DNA of 31,701 nucleotides from a plasmid: sequence record NZ_LT960778.1; one strand, 5' to 3'. Shown piece by piece: positions 28,133 to 31,701 of this stretch (position 1 is its first letter; each line of letters starts with the position of its first letter). The notes under the pieces were generated by a model. It saw only the letters and a program-made list of their open reading frames with translations, ran no database searches and was not told where the DNA came from. The position numbers and the translations under genes were made by a program.

Positions 28133-28500
28133 ATGACTGATAATCAATCTGATGAAATTGGCTCCTATCTGAAAATGAAGATACTAATGACTACACCACC
28201 AGAACAAAACAGTGCAACCCATTGAACAAATTGCATCAACTCCAGCTAAGACCGCTACACCAGCTTAGTCTGGCAACACTTCGGATGATACCGCTAAAGC
28301 AGCCATCGCTAACCATGAATCAAGCGGTTCATACATCGCTCAAAATGGGAACTATTATGGTAAATATAAAGTAAGTAGTTCATACTTAAATAGTGATTAC
28401 CCACCAGAAAATCAAGAACGAGTAGTCACTAACTACGTGGTTAGTCGTTATGTTTAATGGTCAAATGCTTTGAACTTCTGGAACAAAAATGGTTAGTACT
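28133..28500 (+). pseudogene. Decayed gene with an Apf-like/cell-wall-protein C-terminal domain (multiple stops)
   Basis: ...ANHESSGSYIAQNGNYYGKYKVSSSYLNSDYPPENQERVVTNYVVSRYV*WSNALNFW resembles the conserved C-terminal module of lactobacillus Apf/surface proteins (...RYGSW...FW). It is interrupted by several stop codons. Confidence 0.4.
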
Positions 28501-28513
28501 AGAATAGTATCGC

Positions 28514-29797
28514 TTAATCAATATAATGGGTACCCTTAAAATTTATAGGTTCAGTATGCTGATTTGTTCCTTTGAGGATTTGTCCACGGATGTTATCTTT
28601 TCTATTTGCAGTTTCTCCTACATTTCTGATTTTCCAGTACCATGTGATGTTTCTATGAGGACTAACAAAAAAATTTATTTTTGAATTCGTTTTAATAGGT
28701 ATTTTTAAAAAATTACGAATAGATCCTTTTCTAAAACCGTTCATTTCCAACTCTGCGTTTATTGTAACAATTTTTATATGCTCAGAAATTGCCCAATCTT
28801 TATCTTCTAAAAATTCCTCGGTATCTTTGGCATTTCCTATTGGCTTCCTTTTTTTTCTATTAGATATACTATTTATTACAATATTTTTAGTTTCATTACC
28901 TTTCTGAGTTTCATATATGGGAAACTTTTTGCCATATATTTTTATCCACTCATTTTCAGCAGTTGATTTATTCGCATACTCTTTAATTGCTTTTTGAGCT
29001 CTGTTCCAAGCTGTATTGGCTTTACTGTTAATTGATTCATCTAAAGATATGTTGTAACTATTGTCTAGTGAAGTAATTACATTTTGACACTCGGTGAAGT
29101 TGTAAAGCCATTTGAAAAAATCTCTTGACATTTCATCAAATTCACAAGATTCAATACTATCTATATTCCAAGTATCAACGAAATTATAAACTAATACGTC
29201 GATTGTTATTCCTGATATTTTAACGTTATTGTTGTTTTTCCAGGCACGTAACATTTTTGCGAATTTTTTTACAATTCCTTTATACTGCTTGTTTTTAGCC
29301 GTTAGAAGTTGTTGATCCCTATCAGGATTTGTTTTTTTCCACGAACCTTTATTATGTGTATCTGGAAACTCATAGCCATCTTCTCCTAATATTGGAAATG
29401 CTGGTAATATTTCAAATCCTATTCCATCTGAAAATTTAATGCTCACAATTTGTCCGTCTCCTTTAATTTGAGAAGTAGGATATACTTCTTTTAACTTAGA
29501 TTTAATGTCTTGTAGTAAGGCACTTTGTCCATTATTTAAATATGTTGTGAATCTTTGTTTTTGATTTTCTGGTAACTTTATTAATAAATCTACATCACTT
29601 AAATTTATAGCTGTTCCTCGTCCATAGGATCCAACCAATGTACTGTTTTTGCTTTCTGAATGTATTTCCCAATATTCTAAATTAATAACTTTAGTAATCT
29701 TAGCAACACGTTTCAAAATTATTTCTTCTTGTTCATCTGATGTTTTTAAATTTCTGATAAATTTTAAAAAATGTTTCTTAGCGTCAAATTCTTTCAT
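28514..29797 (-). CDS. Pol-beta-superfamily nucleotidyltransferase, SMODS/CD-NTase-like, with a basic C-terminal extension of about 150 aa
   Basis: GSYGRGTAINLSDVDLLI matches hG[GS]x9-13Dh[DE]h. The downstream segment ISGITIDVLV supplies the candidate third acidic residue. 427 aa. The start overlaps the stop of the upstream 2TM gene (ATGA), and SD AAAGGAG lies inside that gene. Confidence 0.55.
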   Translation of the reverse strand: MKEFDAKKHFLKFIRNLKTSDEQEEIILKRVAKITKVINLEYWEIHSESKNSTLVGSYGRGTAINLSDVDLLIKLPENQKQRFTTYLNNGQSALLQDIKSKLKEVYPTSQIKGDGQIVSIKFSDGIGFEILPAFPILGEDGYEFPDTHNKGSWKKTNPDRDQQLLTAKNKQYKGIVKKFAKMLRAWKNNNNVKISGITIDVLVYNFVDTWNIDSIESCEFDEMSRDFFKWLYNFTECQNVITSLDNSYNISLDESINSKANTAWNRAQKAIKEYANKSTAENEWIKIYGKKFPIYETQKGNETKNIVINSISNRKKRKPIGNAKDTEEFLEDKDWAISEHIKIVTINAELEMNGFRKGSIRNFLKIPIKTNSKINFFVSPHRNITWYWKIRNVGETANRKDNIRGQILKGTNQHTEPINFKGTHYID

Positions 29798-30372
29798 TTT
29801 CTGCTTTCTCCTTTATAATTATCAACCTTTAGTTTCTCAAGAATTTCACTACTAATAAATAAATTGTAATCTGTATTTATTTCATTGTCGTGTCTTTCTT
29901 TTAACTGTTTATTTGCTTTATCAACAGACCTATCAGAAGTAGGTACAGCTTCAGAATATAAAGAGAAGCGCTCTTGTTCTAGTTTTTCCCATATCAATTT
30001 AATTTCCTTGTCTGACTTAAGACCAAAAGCTAAATCTCTTAATGTATCTATTAGCTGATCACGTAGTTTTAATTGATTATTGGCATAGACTTTAGATTGT
30101 TTTGCCAATGCTTGAAAATCCCAAGCCTTCAATATTCCAGTACTAATAAAACTAATAAGCCCAACAAGAGCAGTAAAGATTTTAGCATAATAGGAATTAT
30201 TTATTAACGTAGTTATCGCCCCTGTAGAAGTTAATCCCGCAGTAACTAATTGAATCAATGTTAACCATCTATTTGAACTTTGATATGCCTCTGCTTGTTT
30301 TTCTTGTATTTTATGTGTCCAACCAACTCTAACAATAGCTTCAAGCAAAGCACTTTGTAAACCGTCTTTCAT
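29794..30372 (-). CDS. 2TM membrane protein (SLATT-like candidate effector) co-transcribed with the nucleotidyltransferase
   Basis: An N-terminal amphipathic helix, then two predicted TM helices (WLTLIQLVTAGLTSTGAITTLI and IFTALVGLISFISTGILKAW), then a coiled-coil tail of about 100 aa. It overlaps the NTase gene by 4 bp. Confidence 0.5.
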   Translation of the reverse strand: MKDGLQSALLEAIVRVGWTHKIQEKQAEAYQSSNRWLTLIQLVTAGLTSTGAITTLINNSYYAKIFTALVGLISFISTGILKAWDFQALAKQSKVYANNQLKLRDQLIDTLRDLAFGLKSDKEIKLIWEKLEQERFSLYSEAVPTSDRSVDKANKQLKERHDNEINTDYNLFISSEILEKLKVDNYKGESRK

Positions 30373-30538
30373 TTATATTCCCCACACTCATCTTTAATTT
30401 GTTTAGTATTTATCATAATACTATTGTCTTTAATTTTAAATGATAAATTACTATTGCAACAACCCTCGTGCATACTATTATTTAGGGGAAGCATGCAGCC
30501 TTTTAGGGTACCCACAAAGTAAGACAATAATTACTTAT

Positions 30539-31571
30539 GGCAAATTCTATAATTAATCCGAACAGAAATTAAAAAGCCCAAAGCAATCACTTACAATGGT
30601 AGTAGCTAATTCCAACCAATATAGGGAGTGATTACTTTGGGTACATCTACTTTATCACGTTTTCAACGTGGCGCACTAGCACAACTGGTCAATGAGGGGA
30701 ATAAATCTTACCAAGTAATGGCTGACGCCTTAGGCGTCGCCAAAGCTACGATTAGCTATGAGTTGGACCGAGTTAAACCTTATGATCCAGAATTAGCTCA
30801 GCAAGATGCAGATCGCAAAAGGCGGAATTGCGGTCGTCGTTCGATGCTGACGGCAGCATTAGCGACTTTAATTACCAATCACTTACGATTAACCTGGTCA
30901 CCAGAAACCATTGCGGCCGCTTATAACTTGAGCACTGCGTCAATTTATAATTGGCTTAATCGTGGCTGGCTCCCCTTCAAATTGACTGATCTACCCAATC
31001 GGAATGTCCGCCAGCACCGAGTGAGCGAAAATCGTGGGAAATTTACAAGTGGGATTTCCATCGAACAACGGCCAACAACTGTTAATCAACGGTTAGCTTT
31101 TGGTCATTGGGAAGTAGATACGGTGCTTTCTAGTCGAAGTGAGTCACGATCATGTCTGGTTACATTCGTAGAACGTAAGACCCGACTTCTATGGGCCATC
31201 AAAGCCCCTAATAGAACGGCTAAGGCTCTAAACACCGCCTTTGGCAAGTTTATGGGGGCCTTCGGTCCCCAAGTAAAATCCATTACTGTTGATCATGGTA
31301 AAGAGTTTGCCAATTATCAGGCCTTAGAACAGGATTATCAGATCAAAGTTTATTTTTGCCATCCATATTCACCATGGGAGCGAGGTTCCAATGAATATTT
31401 TAATAGACGGTTACGCTGGTTCTTCCCGAAAAAGACCAATTTTAGCCAAGTAACGACTGATGAGATCCTAGCAGCACTTGAACTAATTAATCAACGACCA
31501 TTAAAAATACATCATCAACAGACTGCCATTGAAAGATTCCGGGCTTGTTCGGATTAAACTTGTAATTTGCC
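30539..31571 (+). mobile_element. Intact IS30-family insertion sequence (ISLpl1-like), about 1033 bp
   Basis: IRs GGCAAATTCTATAATTAATCCGAAC (30539) and GTTCGGATTAAACTTGTAATTTGCC (ending 31571). They share the AATTAATCCGAAC core with the other IS30-derived elements but have different tips. Confidence 0.8.
30637..31557 (+). CDS. IS30-family transposase (intact). TTG start with SD AGGGAG 8 nt upstream; GTG at 30628 is the alternative.
   Basis: N-terminal HTH (ATISYELDRV, LTWSPETIAAAYNLSTASIYNWL) and a DDE catalytic domain (...VDHGKEF...CHPYSPWERGSNEYFNRRLR). Confidence 0.85.
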   Translation: MGTSTLSRFQRGALAQLVNEGNKSYQVMADALGVAKATISYELDRVKPYDPELAQQDADRKRRNCGRRSMLTAALATLITNHLRLTWSPETIAAAYNLSTASIYNWLNRGWLPFKLTDLPNRNVRQHRVSENRGKFTSGISIEQRPTTVNQRLAFGHWEVDTVLSSRSESRSCLVTFVERKTRLLWAIKAPNRTAKALNTAFGKFMGAFGPQVKSITVDHGKEFANYQALEQDYQIKVYFCHPYSPWERGSNEYFNRRLRWFFPKKTNFSQVTTDEILAALELINQRPLKIHHQQTAIERFRACSD

Positions 31572-31701
31572 ACAATAAAGAAAAAATAAAGCAATAAAAA
31601 TACTGCTATTTAGCAGCCAAACAGGAAATTATAATATTTCTACTTTTAGCAGGGTGTACAAACACCTTGCTTTTTTTGTTTAAGTTTATTGCACTTCCAT
31701 A

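Noticed and set aside
28527-30516. An imperfect inverted repeat flanks the 2TM+NTase operon: ATGGGTACCCTTAAAAT at 28527-28545 and TTTTAGGGTACCCA at 30501-30514. This could mark a mobile cassette.
   Set aside because: The core GGGTACCC is itself palindromic. Only about 6 extra flanking bases match, and one copy lies inside the NTase coding sequence. Chance similarity in AT-rich DNA is plausible.
1-31701. Searched for CRISPR arrays, tRNA or rRNA genes and classical restriction-modification genes.
   Set aside because: No regularly spaced direct repeats with unique spacers were found. No cloverleaf-compatible segments or rRNA-like conserved stretches were noticed.

Overview
This window looks like a mosaic accessory region of a plasmid from Lactobacillaceae, most likely a Latilactobacillus sakei/curvatus-type or Lactiplantibacillus-type replicon. 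Reading left to right it carries: a parA/small-parB partition operon flanked by palindromic ATGTATACAT iteron boxes; two tandem RepA_N-family theta-replication initiator genes; a Fic/Doc-family gene; a MobA/MobL (MOBQ) relaxase with a candidate oriT and divergent small accessory genes; an internal topoisomerase III fragment; a CorA Mg2+ transporter; an IS5-family transposase remnant; a serine resolvase; clpL; an IS6-family element that has disrupted a small HEPN-motif two-gene module; a class Ib ribonucleotide reductase operon (nrdI-nrdE-nrdF'-nrdF) with NrdR operator boxes, whose first R2 paralog has lost most metal ligands and the radical tyrosine; a decayed IS30-family element and two miniature IS30-derived elements that bracket the nrd-dps block; dps; a class IIa (sakacin G-like) bacteriocin locus with duplicated structural genes, an immunity gene, a thioredoxin-like accessory gene and a divergent C39-ABC exporter; an Apf-like pseudogene; an overlapping two-gene operon encoding a 2TM (SLATT-like) protein and a pol-beta/SMODS-like nucleotidyltransferase; and an intact IS30-family element. 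No rRNA, tRNA or CRISPR array was seen. The most interesting candidates are the 2TM+nucleotidyltransferase operon (possible minimal CBASS-like or abortive-infection module), the ligand-deficient NrdF paralog, the IS30-derived miniature elements that form a composite-transposon-like unit, and the IS6-disrupted HEPN module.
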